From: Octopus sinensis
Lineage: Eukaryota
Length of the DNA: 64,000 nt
NCBI RefSeq assembly: GCF_006345805.1
Contig: NC_042997.1
Coordinates: 153,512,001-153,576,000 of the forward strand
Direction: 5' to 3'
Below are positions 25,990-40,096 of the stretch, in pieces. The notes beneath the pieces are model-generated. The model was given only the letters and a program-made list of their open reading frames with translations. It ran no database searches and was not told the origin of the DNA. The stretch's first letter is position 1. Each line of letters starts with the position of its first letter. Both the position numbers and the translations under genes were made by a program.

Positions 25990-26390
25990 AGGAGTAGCAG
26001 TGTGGTAAGCAGCTTGCTTACCTACCACATGCACCCGGGTTCATTCCCACTGCGTGGTACCTTGGGCAAGTGTCTTCTACTATAGTCTCGGTCCAGCCAA
26101 AGCCTTGTGAGTGGATTGGATTTGATAGACGGAAACTAAAAGAAGCCCGTCCTATATGTGTACATATATATGTACGTGTGTATATTATGTTTGCGTGTCT
26201 GTGTTTCTCTCCCCAACATCGCTTGACAACCGATGCCGGTGTGTTTACCTCCCCGTAACTTAGCGGATCGGCAAAACAGATCTTTAGAAGAAGTACTAGA
26301 CTTACAAACTATAAGTCCAGGGGCCGATTTGCTCGACTAAAGGTGATGCTCCAGCATGCCACATTCAAATGACTGAAAGAAGTAAAAGAG
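25990..26390 (+). mobile_element. Full-length SINE, group 2
   Basis: Complete head-core-tail match to the reverse complement of 57392-57802. Confidence 0.9.
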
Positions 26391-26407
26391 TATATATACA
26401 TATATAT

Positions 26408-26580
26408 ATATATTATATACAGAAAGAGACAAGAACGCAAAACATCCAGATAGCTATGTGATACACAAAAGGGACAACAAAACATCCAGATAGACGATAC
26501 GACGATACGAAGAAGACATGGACGGGTCATTCGGAGTTTTCGTTCTTCAGTCGAGTTCCAAATTATCTTTGCAATTTCGG

Positions 26581-26581
<1 letters not shown>
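26408..26581 (-). mobile_element. Penelope-type terminal repeat fragment, family A-related
   Basis: GACAAGAACG...CATGGACGGG.CATTCG...CTTCAGTC...GCAATTTCGGCT matches 25048-25170. Confidence 0.55.
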
Positions 26582-26617
<36 letters not shown>

Positions 26618-26619
<2 letters not shown>

Positions 26620-26803
26620 AGATCGCTAGTCACTAAATCTTTTTCTATTTTCTATCCCTGTTTATTTCTGTGTTCCTTTCTATGGAAGAGCGTAGGCTCG
26701 AAACGTAGAAGACTTTCTCACTTCCCGAGCGTTAAACTAGTACATCTGTTTGTTGTTTACACCCCCGTCTTCGTCTTTTGTTTTCGTCTTTTGCATTCTC
26801 ACT
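26618..26803 (+). mobile_element. Penelope-type terminal repeat fragment, family B, with a degenerate hammerhead-like motif at 26676-26711
   Basis: CTTT / CTATGGAA / GAGC-GTAG-GCTC / GAAAC-GTA / GAAG. Ends at (TA)n. Confidence 0.6.
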
Positions 26804-26867
26804 ATATATATATACATATATATATACATATTATCATATACATATAAATATATATATACATATTATC

Positions 26868-26904
<37 letters not shown>

Positions 26905-26985
26905 ATATATATATACATATAAATATATATATATATAATATAAATATATATAAAAATATATATGTATATATATTATATATATAAT

Positions 26986-27076
<91 letters not shown>

Positions 27077-27211
27077 GGATAAAATCTTTATAAGAATTTA
27101 TCAAGTAGTCAGCGTGAAAAACCCTTATAAGGGAAAAATAAAAGAATGGAATATAGAAATATATATATATAATATATAACTATGTATATAAATATATGTA
27201 AATATATATTT

Positions 27212-27244
<33 letters not shown>

Positions 27245-27295
27245 TAAATATATAGTTATATATAAATATATAGATAATATATATATGTATGTATG
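26804..27295. repeat. Degenerate (TA)n tracts
   Basis: Direct reading. Confidence 0.9.
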
Positions 27296-27967
27296 TTTGT
27301 GTGCGTGTGTGTGTAATTTCATGTAATTCTATACATTTCATATGTAATTCTATACATGTGTGTGCATGTATGAGTGTGTGGTTAAGCTGACAAATACTAA
27401 ACATATATTTGTTTTAGAATCAATATTTAAAATCTAAGTTGAGCTAATATGTATATAGTTTCTCTGTACGTATGAATTTGTAAAGAGTATCAGTGCTCAT
27501 ATTTATATAGCTGTATGTATTGGTTTTCTATGTGGTTTTCATATTTGACATACACTTCTTAGTATATTTGTCAGAAGGTGTAGATTTTTGTTCGACGTTT
27601 CTTTAAAACTTACTGCGGGAATTATTTTTCATGATTCGTACTTTTCTCATGAAGAAAATTACATTTTAAGAATTATTAATGTATAAATACAAAAAAAAAT
27701 TATGAAAACTTCAACTATAAAATTAATCTTACAAAATACATAACTGTTATTTCCTACTCAGTGTCAACGTTTCACCGTTTCTCTAAATATAATCTGATGC
27801 AGCTAAGTGTGTCCATTCTTGAAAATAGCTATCATCATTCCTTTTTCAGCTTATTTTTTTTCGTTTATTGGTATAAATCGTTGAACTTAAGCCATGTTGA
27901 TGCTCTTCATTTTATGAATTTAGACGATAGACAGAATGTGAGACAGACAAACAGACATATAGACAGA

Positions 27968-28399
<432 letters not shown>

Positions 28400-28401
<2 letters not shown>

Positions 28402-28796
28402 TCGAAAATATCGATGGTGTCTAGTCCTATTCTGACTGATGCCGGGTGGTAAAGTCGACCTCGCATCAAAGGAAACACCGATTTCGTTTGACCATCCCGT
28501 GATGTTATACAAACATACACATTCGCCGGGTATAGCACTTGCGAATTTCTGTCTCTTCTCCCAAGATGGAAATGCAGCTCAAAGGTCGCCGTTTTAACAT
28601 CGTTGTCGAGATCCAGAGCGAATCGCAGGTCCTTGACTCGCTTCCGGAAAACGATTTCTATGTCGGATTCCAAGAGTGGCAGGAACGATGGAACCGGTGT
28701 ATTGCTGCGCAAGGTCACTATTTCGAAGGAAATGGTGTTAAAACTTGGGTGTATTATTACGCATAACTAATCCGGAAACCATCTTATACCACCTCA
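28400..28796 (+). mobile_element. Mariner transposon, 3' remnant
   Basis: HSPGIALANF (cf. YSPDLAP-x-DF), then LKGRRFN...WQERWNRCIAAQGHYFEG. TIR-like CCGGAAACCATCTTATACCACCTCA followed by TA. Confidence 0.88.
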
Positions 28797-28949
28797 TATA
28801 TATGCTGTATGGCCAGTTGGTTAAGAAGTTTGCTTCGTAATCAGATCTCAGGTCTCATGACAGCTATTTTAAATGGTATTTTATGGACGGTTGATTCTGA
28901 TGAGGCCCAAAGAAAGGTTTTCGTACCTCCACACACACACACACACACA

Positions 28950-30355
28950 TTATCGTTTATCTTTTACTGATTCCAGCCAGAGGTTGCAGGCATGCTGAAA
29001 CACCACCTTTTAGTGTGTTTGGGGTTCTTTTCTGTGCTGTTCTTGGCGAAGTAACGAGATGGACACAGCTGCTCCTCTTTGTGACTCCTACCGTGATGTG
29101 GGTTAATCTGGTATCTCAGACAAAAATTTGTCCAAACGCTCTTTGACGACCTCCACATCTACAACTCGCAAATCCCCGAGGTCATTTGGCAGAATGTTCA
29201 ACAATTGTGGACCTTTGAAACCCAAGTTGTTACAGTACTAGGTCCCTATTTATATAGAAAGAAGACGGGATCTTTGGTACTATGCAGTACCGTCCAGTTC
29301 GGTGGTCATTATAGCTTTCATTTCCTAAGTTGGGAACTAGACCTTCCAGGATCCTCCATGTATATATCACTGCATATCTTTCATACATTCTATCAATGGA
29401 GGAAAGCTTCAGTTCCTTTAGCCTTTCACAGTAGATCAACTGTTCCACCGAGTCAATCTTCTTTGTGTAGTGACGCTGGATTGCTTCAAGTTCAACCACC
29501 AGTTTGGCGCTATGCGGTGACCAGAGTTGGGAGCATTAATCCAGAAGACGGAACGAAAGTTCTCCATTGGAGTAGCATGGTATCCTTTCCTCCAACTTCT
29601 GAACGATCTCGGCTCGCCTGCACAGTGTTGCCATCATGTTAATATGCACATGGAATGGTGCATCATTACTCATGTGGATTCGAAGATCACGCACCGACTT
29701 CGACTTTGGAATGGCATTCCCTCCTGGTCCTGTTCATTCTGACTGTAGTCTGTTTGTGAGCCGATAGTGGAGTGCTTGAAACTTATCAGCATTGAACAAC
29801 ATGTTATTTTCATCAGCCTATTTGTATATAGTATTCAGGTCGTTTTTGCAGTTTTACTATGTCATCAAGTTCCTTGACTTCTTGTGATACTTTTGTATCA
29901 TCAGCCTAGCTGATGAATGTCGCTCACTGTATGGTTGTCAGTATGCCTCAGAGAGCCACCACAAACATTAAGGATATCAGTACAGTTCCTTGAGGAACTA
30001 CGCTGCGAATTGATATCTCCTTAGAGAGAACACTATTGGCAACAATTGTCTAACATCTGCCTTTTAAAAATTCATGCAACCACTCTCCTAGTTTTCCACG
30101 AATACCAAGGTTACGCAGTTTGTGACATACCATCCCAAGATCAACTCTGTCAAAGGCCTAGACTAAGTTGAGATATATCGCATCCACAGTTGAGTGGTTG
30201 ACCTGCTGTTTCAGTACCCAGTCATAATATAGCTTTTGGGTGAGACATCTCCTCCCTGGACAGAAGACATGTTGTGTGTTTGTGAGCAAGTTATCATCTT
30301 CTAGGAACGTGATCAGACTCCTTCTGACATTACCTTAGTAACATGTGAAGTCAGA
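28950..30355 (-). mobile_element. 5'-truncated CR1/Jockey-group LINE (RT to 3' end), decayed
   Basis: Minus translation includes AFDRVD, VPQGTVL, *ADDTK (YADD), LEAIQRHYTKKI, ERLKELKL and GPQLLNILP, with many stops. Confidence 0.92.
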
Positions 30356-30418
30356 GAGATAGGCATATAATTATATAATTATATATAATATAATAAAATA
30401 TATATATAATTATATATA

Positions 30419-30483
<65 letters not shown>

Positions 30484-30487
<4 letters not shown>

Positions 30488-30650
30488 AGAGTAAGCACAT
30501 AAATGTGAAACAAGGTGGAAAAAAGAGTACTCAATTACCAGAGGTAGATTAATATGCTTTATTTAAAAGTAGCAGAAATATAACAAAAGCTGTTACTCAG
30601 AGTTTCACGTTCCCGTTCGTCGGACAGTTTTGTTAATGAAACTGTCCTGA
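30484..30650 (-). mobile_element. Penelope-type terminal repeat fragment, family C
   Basis: Ends at the (TA)n tract 30366-30484, has AATAAA downstream of a hammerhead fold, and a short inverted duplication at its other end. Confidence 0.65.
30590..30627 (-). ncRNA. Minimal type I hammerhead-like motif, U4C variant
   Basis: Minus strand: CUGU / CCGACGA / ACG-GGAA-CGU / GAAACU-CUG-AGU-A / ACAG. All three stems pair; GUA triplet. Confidence 0.7.
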
Positions 30651-33600
30651 TGCTCAGTACTAAACTTAGGAGTTATCGGTAGTTTATATTATTGAGTTGG
30701 TTGAATATTTTTTGTTCGTAGTACAGCTGGCATGAGTTCGTGAATTTTTAATTCTTTATTTTGATTTATCATTTTATCGGCAATAAAATTTACATTATTT
30801 TAAACTATGTTCACATTTATCATATGTATATTAGAAGCGTGTGTGTGTGTGTATGTGTTGATTTGTTTTGTTCGGATTACTCTTATCACTGTTGTTGTTG
30901 TTTTATTTGTTGCTGCTACTGTTGTTGTTGTTGTTGTTGTCGTCGTTGATGATGGTGGTAGTGGCGGTGGCGGCAGTAGTAGTAGTAGTAGTAGTAGAGT
31001 ATCCGTTTGAATGTAATTTTGTTATTGAGCAAACCTAAGATGTTGACATCGATTGAATTCTTAACAGTAAAACCTTAATTGTCCAAGTATAAAAATTATG
31101 TAAAAATATAATCTTAGTCAATTTCAATCCACAAAGATTATCACAGTATTTGTATCTGTGTAGCCGCTTCATCGAGTTGTTACAGTGTTAGCCACGCGAT
31201 AATAAGGTCGTGGTTTGAATTCTGGATCGAGCAGTACGTTGTGTCCTTTGGCGATGCGGCGTTGATTCAGTCAACTCAGCTGGTGTAGCACTCTGTCCCC
31301 AAAGTTGTCATATCGTGGTTGTTCTCAGGGTCAAGAATGGTAGGGTCGAGAGGGTATCTATGTCGGTTCGCGATTCCATAGGCATCTTAAACAATTAGTG
31401 AAAGGAAGGTACATGCTACGAAGACATACTCGCAAGTGCATGAAATATTACGGCTTGACTGAACGAATTGAAGGATTTCTCTATATCCTAATTTGTTTGC
31501 CCGTTTTCTACCGCAAATGTTACATACATATATTTCAAAACTTTAAGTTATATCCTCTTGTCCCTACAACCATTAATGTTAATTCCCGTAGTATTAATTA
31601 ATGTTAATTCTTGTGGTGTTCTCGTACCTTATTGACACATTGAAATGTTTTTAACAGTATTGTTGTTCTTCTTCTTCTTCTTGTTTTGCCTACATTGAAC
31701 AAACTTATGTTCAAAGGCGTTCCAGTTATGGTCATATCGTCCTTTTAGCAGTGTCTGAGACTACACACATTGTCTGCTACTTCTAATATGTTCAGTGATC
31801 ACCAAGAGTCTTAGATATCCCTCAAACAAATCAACTAATGAGCCTTTAAACGGTTCTCCACCTGCAAAAACAGTATAGCTAGTAGTTGCTGTTGTCATCG
31901 TCGTCGTCGTGATAATGGTGATGGTGGTTTTTGATTGTTGTTGTTGTTATTGCTGTAGTTAAGTGCATGACAAGGTACGGTAGCAAAATGTGTTCTACAC
32001 ACGATTTTTTTCGGAAAATTTATCTAAGAAATTATAGAATGTATCTTTCCTTAAGTTACTAGAGTATTAATTGAGGAAGCTCGCTACTATATCTAGCAGA
32101 TCGAGTAACGGCAAAAAGACCTCCTTCTTTGTCTAGAAGTATGGCTGATTTTTCCACTTCAAATTCTCAGAAGCAATAAAGAGGATATAACAAATCATCT
32201 ATGCACTTCAATAAACACCCAAGGAAAATATGGGTATTAAGAAATTATTTAATATGCAATTTGTTAGATTCAATTTTCTTTGTTACATTGAAATGTTTCA
32301 ATTACAACACTCCCATTTGCAGAATAATGGGGAAAATATGGATCCTTGAAATGACTTAATATTCAATTAGAGAATTCAACATATTCCCATAGATCATATT
32401 TATTACGATGGCTAAAACAACAATTATACACAATAACTCACTAATTAATTTTAATGTGTTAATCTGAGAATATAATCAAAATAATGCGCAATTATCTCAC
32501 GACCGAGATTGTATAGTGAACTCAGTTTTTAACCTCTTTTAACACCACCACATTGTATGCAGGTGCCTTTAATGGAACGCACTCTGTTGCAAGCATTCGA
32601 GTCAGGTTTCCCATCGGAAATAAATTTCTCCCTTCCTACCATGGAATCCACGTAAAAGGACCATACGCGCTGTCTTTCCTCCTTTGACTAAACCATGCGA
32701 AAAATCCAGTTTTTAGGTTTTCTTTCCAAACTTCTGATTATCCACAATTCCACGATCAGAAACAGCCTCTAAGCTGTCTGATAGAAATTAACAGTCAAAT
32801 CTCACTCATGCCATACCCTACAGTCTTAAAAAATGATGACACATTACATTCTGACAGTCCAGTTATAAAATTGGAAGGCCTTACGAAGAATACATTTGGT
32901 TATAAACTTGCTCGATCAAGGATGATTTGCAGTTATATGATACAAGTATAAACGACCATTTAGGTTTAAAAAATCTACTACTATATTTACATTTCATGAG
33001 AAATATTCGATGAGTCAAATATGTCATCAGTCGTTAGGGATTTCAGAGCAAATTAAAAACATTTACTTGGAAAATTCCCAAATTGAAAACAAAAAATATT
33101 TCAAATTAAGGTACTTCCTCTTGAAAGGAAGGGTTGAGAAGAAACAAGGAATCTTTGAAATGTTAACATTGGCGCATGCAGGAAATTGGGGAGAAGCAAT
33201 CTAGATGGTCATTAAATCTACCGCTATATTTACTTGGTACTTATTTTATCGACGCTAAAGAGATGAAAAGGAAAATTGATCACGATGGAATTTGAACTCA
33301 GACCATAAAAAGATGTGAGTAAACACTCTGTACCGCTTTTCCTTTCAGTCGAAAAACAACTATTACGAAAATACGAATATAAATTATTGTGAGATATATC
33401 TAAGAGTAGAAAGTTCTATATAACTGAACATTTTGAATATGATAATAATTGAATGCTGGAAACCGTTAAATAATTAAAATCGATAGATCGTCCTATGGAC
33501 CAATGACCGACATTCCGAATGAAAGACATGAATTATAGACGTTCCAAATGATAAGATTTATTGATAATTAGCCATATTTTTTTTTAATATGAAGCTGTCT

Positions 33601-36600
33601 ATCTATAAATATGTGTGAACACCGATATCACTAGGATATATCAAATAATCTGCTTGTAAAGCCTCATTAGTCACAGTGTAACGTGTGAACATTCTTAGAG
33701 CTTATCATATAGGAACATCTAACCCCAAGCAAATAAATTACAATACAAACATTCAAAGGAAGGCAGAAAAGAAATTATCTTTGAATCCGTACTAGTAAAC
33801 AAGGAAATTGTGCAAATGGTGGCAGTGTGTATTGCTACTAAAAAAATACAACAGAACTAACTGAGAAAGACATTCCTGAAAACGGAAATTATTTTCCAGG
33901 AATAGTCTCTTGTTTTAGCGATGAGAGAGAATGCTCATCAATCTTGAGAGAAGCAAATTGTTTTACTTTTGGTTATAGAATTCAATATGAAAACAGTTAT
34001 TCAAATTGTTAATTTTGGTCAAATTGCTCCTTATAGAATTGACAATTGGCAATTCTTAAGTTGTTTGTAATATGAAGCTTTTCATTTATTACGACCACGT
34101 TTTTGACTGAATTTGCAAATCGTCTTGGTTTAAGAACTTAATGAAGTCGATGCTGAATTCAAGAAAGAATAAAATATGCTCCATAATAATACTATCTCTT
34201 AAAATAAATCAAGGAGGAATATGCGATTTCGGGAAATGTATAATCACCAATGAACGGGATAAAGCATATAAAAATATTAATAAAAGCAGAAAAACTAGCT
34301 AATATGAAAGTACAGAATCAAAATGAACAATTACACCCAAAATGATGTGAATATTATAGTACAGAATATGCAAAACTAAGCCGACATCACGCTCCACTAG
34401 ATAAACTCTCAATTCATTGAAAGAAAGGAATAATTTCACCGATGCAATTTATAAATTTTTAGTCAAAATCAATAGACAAGAACAGCAGAAGTTTATATCA
34501 GTAAATTGAAAAAACAATCTAAATTCGAATACGCCGTTAATGGAGACATAAGATATAGCATTGATACGGTGAATGTAGTCTGCTTAAAAGCTACTTAGAA
34601 AGTATAAAGTGTTTTGTCAATTCATAATATGCAATTTGAAAATAAAAATACTTTGTAAGCATTAAGGATCTGTTGTTGGCTTACTGCTTGAAGGTTGTGT
34701 CTAATAAGTTGTCGTGAATAAATTAAGAAAACTTACCTTATATATTTTTAAGATATAGCTTGGCATTGCAGATACGGGAGGTGAAGTATAATGGTGCAGT
34801 CGATAAACGAACAGTCACGATTCACCGAGATTTTTCTGCCAGCCTTCAGTACTTAAACATGTACAGAAATATATTTTTACAAATTTCAATGGAATGTTTT
34901 TTTTCCGATAATGAGTTTCATTATAAGTAACTCTCTTTGGGAATCTTATGTGGTTGCTCGGCTTTCTATAAACAGCAATCATTTCTCCCTCAAATTACAA
35001 CTTTCTGTATTTAAAACGGAAGGATACACTGCATCAGATGCACAAAAAGATGAAAGAATCACTGCTGGAATGGCTTTCAACATATCTGTTCGACTAACGA
35101 TAACCTGGGTCTAAATCAACAACAAAAGCAGCTAAATTTCCCTCAAAATACACCCTGCCGTCTTAAAAACGAACACTGTAAATGGTTGGAACAGATTTAA
35201 TCATAGTTGTGCCTGATTGGTATTTGCTTGAGGATAATAATCAATAATAACAATAACCGTCACTGTCATACTAAAAACACACCCTACCACTATAAAAGGG
35301 TAGAACAGAAAGGATGTGTTAATTATAGTTGGATTGACTTTAGTCTGGGAGCCAAACAACAATAAGAACACGTGCTTAACTAATAAAGAATTATTTCTTT
35401 ATCGCTGTATCTCATTTACTGTATCGTGCTTAAATGTAACAACTAGAAACGTTATTTTGATGCAAACACACATTCATTGAAAACAAAAAATTTCTTTGCT
35501 TTTTCAATTTATAAAATGCTCAAACCAAAAACTACTTTATAAAAGAAAACAATGACGTTCATTAATCCCATTTTCCTGATTTGTGTTAGCGAACTTTCTA
35601 ATTTATCGATTATTGATACTTTGATACAATGAAGGATTATGCAATGAAGGAAGCAATAGTGTCTTTGGAGGCTATTAACCTCTGCCCACCTGTTCGTTAA
35701 TCATGTTAATGGATATATTAAGGAAACATAAGCGTGTGTAGAAATCATTTCAACTGTTAAAACAAACTAATTGTTGTGCTAATCTGTAATGTTTTTTTCT
35801 TACTAAGCTTCGAATGTTAATGGATAATAAAATTGTACATTACAAGGGGGAATTTAAAAAACGGAAGAGAACGAGGGTGGTGTAGAGAGAGAGAAACGGG
35901 TTTGAAATGTAATGAAACATGAAAGAATTTATGTAGTGTTTACCAATAGGAGTGGACAGTCATTTTATAACATTTATGGTTGATTTTCTCTGTTGAATTA
36001 GATAATTTCGTATGTATATATATATATATATATCTTCCTGTATATTAGAAAGATGCAACTACCAATTAGTGATTCCCCTGCTGTCTTTAACGACATCAAA
36101 AACATTTTCGAAGAAATCGGATTTAATTATACGCTACAGAAGGAAACCTCCAAACAAAATCTGCTGCTGACAATATTCAATGTCTTAAGTATCTAGCTGC
36201 AGTGGAATGATACATATCATTGCTGTAAACTTCAAGGATATTTATAAAAACAGAATGCTTTACTGGTTACCTGTGTGAAGCTTATACGTTTTTTCATGTG
36301 GAAAAAATACAACATGGGAAACAGAGCATGAATAAAGAATGCGGTACATTAGGCAGGCAATGTTGCAGAACAATATTTAAGTTATGTATGTTAGTGTAGA
36401 AGTTAAGCTGCTCGGAGAGATGATTCTATTTTTCTGATTTAAACCGCATGTTGCAGCAGTATAATATTTTAATACTTAATCCGACGAGTTGTTGTAATTC
36501 TCATAGTATATATGTTCCTTCTGAGACTGGTGAGATTGATGCAATTGTCGTTTAACAGAACCTTCCGTGGGTTTTCGTATGCAGCGGACGATGAAGAAAA

Positions 36601-37085
36601 GTGAGGAAGTTACAGAAGGTTGCAAATCCGTGAAGAAAGAATTAGTTGAATGATTTACAAAAACAACGGGTCAAAGAAGAAACATTCTACGAATAACAAA
36701 CACTAAAGCTCTCCACTCAGTCTCTTCTACAATAATCTAATGGTTCTACAATCAGTATGGTGAATATATAATATGTGTGTGTGTGTGTCTGTGTGAGTGT
36801 GTACATATACGTATATGTGCATATACATAGACAACTGTACTTGTATGTGTGGATATACATTTATAGTTCTATGTTTATACATCTACATTTATTCTCCTTA
36901 TGCATTCATTTAAATTTATAGGTAATGATACTCAGTTGTATGTATACATTTATCGACACTCATATAATATAATATAACTACGATAGAAACAGATTAGAAA
37001 ATCCTAATAAATATTTATAACACAGTCTTCCCAATCCACGCCATTCCAAAATAACAAATTTTAAAATTCTAAATAGAAATCTAAT

Positions 37086-37692
37086 GATACCTATTTCTTT
37101 ACTACCCACAAGGGGCTAAACACAGAGAGGACAAACAAGGACAGGCAAACGGATTAAGTCGATTATATCGACCCCAGTGCGTAACTGGTACTTATTTAAT
37201 CGACTCCGAAAGGATGAAAGGCAAAGTCAACCTCGGCGGAATTTGAACTCAGAACATAAAGACAGACGAAATACTTATTTCTTTACTACCCACAAGGGGC
37301 TAAGCACATAGGGGACAAACAAGGACAGGCAAACAGATTAAGTCGATTATATCGACCCCAGTGCGTAACTGGTACTTATTCAATCGACTCCGAAAGGATG
37401 AAAGGCAAAGTCAACCTCGGCGGAATTTGAACTCAGAACATAAAGACAGACGAAATACCTATTTCTTTACTACCCACAAGGGGCTAAACACATAGGGGAC
37501 AAACAAGGACAGACAAACGGATTAAGACGATTACATCGACCCCAGTGCATAACTGGTACTTAATTTATCGACCCCGAAAGGATGAAAGGCAAAGTCGACC
37601 TCGGCGGAATTTGAACACAGTACGTAATGGCAGACGAAATACGACTACGCATTTCGCCCGGCGTGCTAACATTTCTGCCAGCTCGCCACCTT
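37086..37692 (-). mobile_element. Head-to-tail trimer of the group 1 SINE (184-bp period) within one TSD
   Basis: Units start at 37087, 37271 and 37455, with only one 5' head. TAGAAATCTAAT flanks both ends (37074-37085 and 37693-37704). Confidence 0.95.
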
Positions 37693-38246
37693 TAGAAATC
37701 TAATATTACCAACACCAAATTCAGTTTCTGTCTGACTTATGCTATATGACCAACTCTAAAATACGACAAAGCTAATGAAAGCTGCACAAAATTAAGAATG
37801 TAGTGAGCTGCATATGACAAATTTGTTTACAGCAATACTTCTATGCCTTCACACATCAGCCCAAAACAAATCTCTTCACCATATCCTTCTATCATGAAAA
37901 TACATGCTTTCTTCCTATTAGCCTTATTAGCCACTTCCTACACAGTTACGTACACTGCCTTCCCTTGCCATATCTAATTACCGCATTGCTCCACCTTCCG
38001 AACAAACTGCTATAGAATAACTTCGAATACAATGTAAACCGCTGCCTTATAAAAGTTATTAAATATGTGCTCTACTAAAAAGTATTGAGCAATCTTTCAA
38101 TTTAATATTAAATTGATTTTATATATAACTTGACATAAAATATCTATAGATAGATGGATATACACATATACATATGTATCTAATTCTGACGAACAGCATT
38201 ACCAACAACTGTGAAATATTTTTTTAAAGTTGATCGTATACTTTCC

Positions 38247-38458
38247 TACTCTAGGCACAAGGCACGAAATTTTGGAGAGGGATGGGGCAGTGGATTAGAT
38301 CGAGCCCAGTACGCAACTCGTACTTAATTTATCGACCCCGAAAGGATGAAAGGCAAAGTCGATCTCGGAAGAATTTGAACTCAGAACGTAAAGACAGACG
38401 AAATGCCGCCGTTAAGTATTTCTCCCGGCATGCTAACGGTTCTGCCAGCTCGCCGCCT
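38247..38458 (-). mobile_element. SINE, group 1 (tail type 2)
   Basis: Reverse complement of the head, B box and body. Confidence 0.9.
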
Positions 38459-38543
38459 TAAACAAGTTGAGAATATAGAGGTCAAAAAATCTTATCTCGA
38501 ACCTTCACATGATAGAGTAGTGGATCTTCTTATATTCAAGAGT

Positions 38544-38602
38544 TTTTATTGCTAAGAGGGATCATAAATGTGTTACATTTATGATCCCTCTTAGCAATAA
38601 AA
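38544..38602. repeat. Perfect 28-bp inverted repeat with a 3-nt loop
   Basis: TTTTATTGCTAAGAGGGATCATAAATGT-GTT-ACATTTATGATCCCTCTTAGCAATAAAA. Confidence 0.97.
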
Positions 38603-40096
38603 TTTTATGAAGAATCCTATAGCTACAGTCATCAATCTCACAGAAATTGAACTGTGTATTAGATAAAATCAGCAATATTATTCAGAAATGTCTAAGATTA
38701 ACACTTAAGAGTTATTTTTAGTTTGCTTTACACACAGTTGAGTGAAAGAAGAATACACATTTACCTAATTTGTTTTATAGTTGACTATTATCAATTCATA
38801 GCTAAACTTCAATTGCTGAGGATCCTAAATTTGGCAAAACTATGAATGACCCTTACAATGACATACCATTAATAACAGCTACTAGAGAATTGATGCATTT
38901 CGTTCATAACTCTGAATGAAAAAGCAAAGTGCATATCTCTAAGATATAAGCATGAGAGCCAGAGATTTTGTAGGTCAAACCTTATGGACAAATATATTTT
39001 TAGACTTAATTCACATTTAACTCACCAATCTATTATGACGAAGAATCTTATAATAAAGAAACGAATATTTTCAAAATTTCATTGGTTTCTTTGGTTTGAA
39101 GTAACATTAAAACATAATAGCTACAAACTAAGAGAAATAATTGAAACGAAAAACTAGTGGTATAATTCACTATTCATGATAAATTAGTCGTATTCTTCCT
39201 CTATCTTGTAGGAGCCTATTCCTCCGCAACCGAAAATATGTACTTGGAAGTCTAACACAAATTCGCTTAAGATATGCTACTCAAAATTTACGACTTTTGC
39301 GAATTTTATAGCCTTAATAAACATGAATAACATATAAAAAAATTTATAGCATAGAACACAAACAGCACTCAACGGAAATATAATTGTTACTCTCAAATTT
39401 TATGGAAGCTACTGGAGAAATCAGTTACTTATGCTACGAATATTGACCAAAATGTCTTATATTGACTAAAACGATATTAATTATGTGTGCAAACCAATTT
39501 AAGAACTAGTTTAATTTATATAGTTATGCTTTTAGAAAGTTACAAAAAAATAGATATAAACCGAGCAACTTTTTAAAGACTAATAAATTAAACCATAATA
39601 TTCTATGACAACTTTTTTATAGAGCATCGAGTTATAAGCAATAAGCAATCAAATGATTTTTGTAGCTTCTGTACCCATGAAAAGTTATTGACTCTGAGGC
39701 ATAAAGAGAACATATTAGTAAGATATACAAAATTAATCTCTTCGTCCTTTCATATGTGGAGGGAGAAACTTTAAAAGAAATCTCACCAACATCTCAATCA
39801 AGATAACATGAAATAGTAATACAATAAACAGTTTCTTTTCATAGAATTTTCGGTATGGGAATAACCTCATTTCTTTATCCTGCTAATAAATAACTGCAAG
39901 TAAGTCTTAAGGGGAAATGAACTCCCAGTAGGACAAAAGTTCCGTTTTCATTTGCATGATTAGTAAAGTTTTAGAGTTACCTCCTTCATAAAGAGCTATA
40001 CTTAGCAATCATGTGATCCAACGGCAAGAAGCCTATCAATAAGAAAGAGTAAGCACCTACATACACATGCGCGCACGCACACACATATACAGGTAT

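Noticed and set aside
28897-28930. CTGATGAGGCCC...GGTT as a hammerhead
   Set aside because: No GAAA segment or stem III follows.
37087-37692. Regularly spaced repeats (also 61043-61140) as a CRISPR array
   Set aside because: No unique spacers, eukaryotic context, and fully explained as a SINE multimer and a minisatellite.
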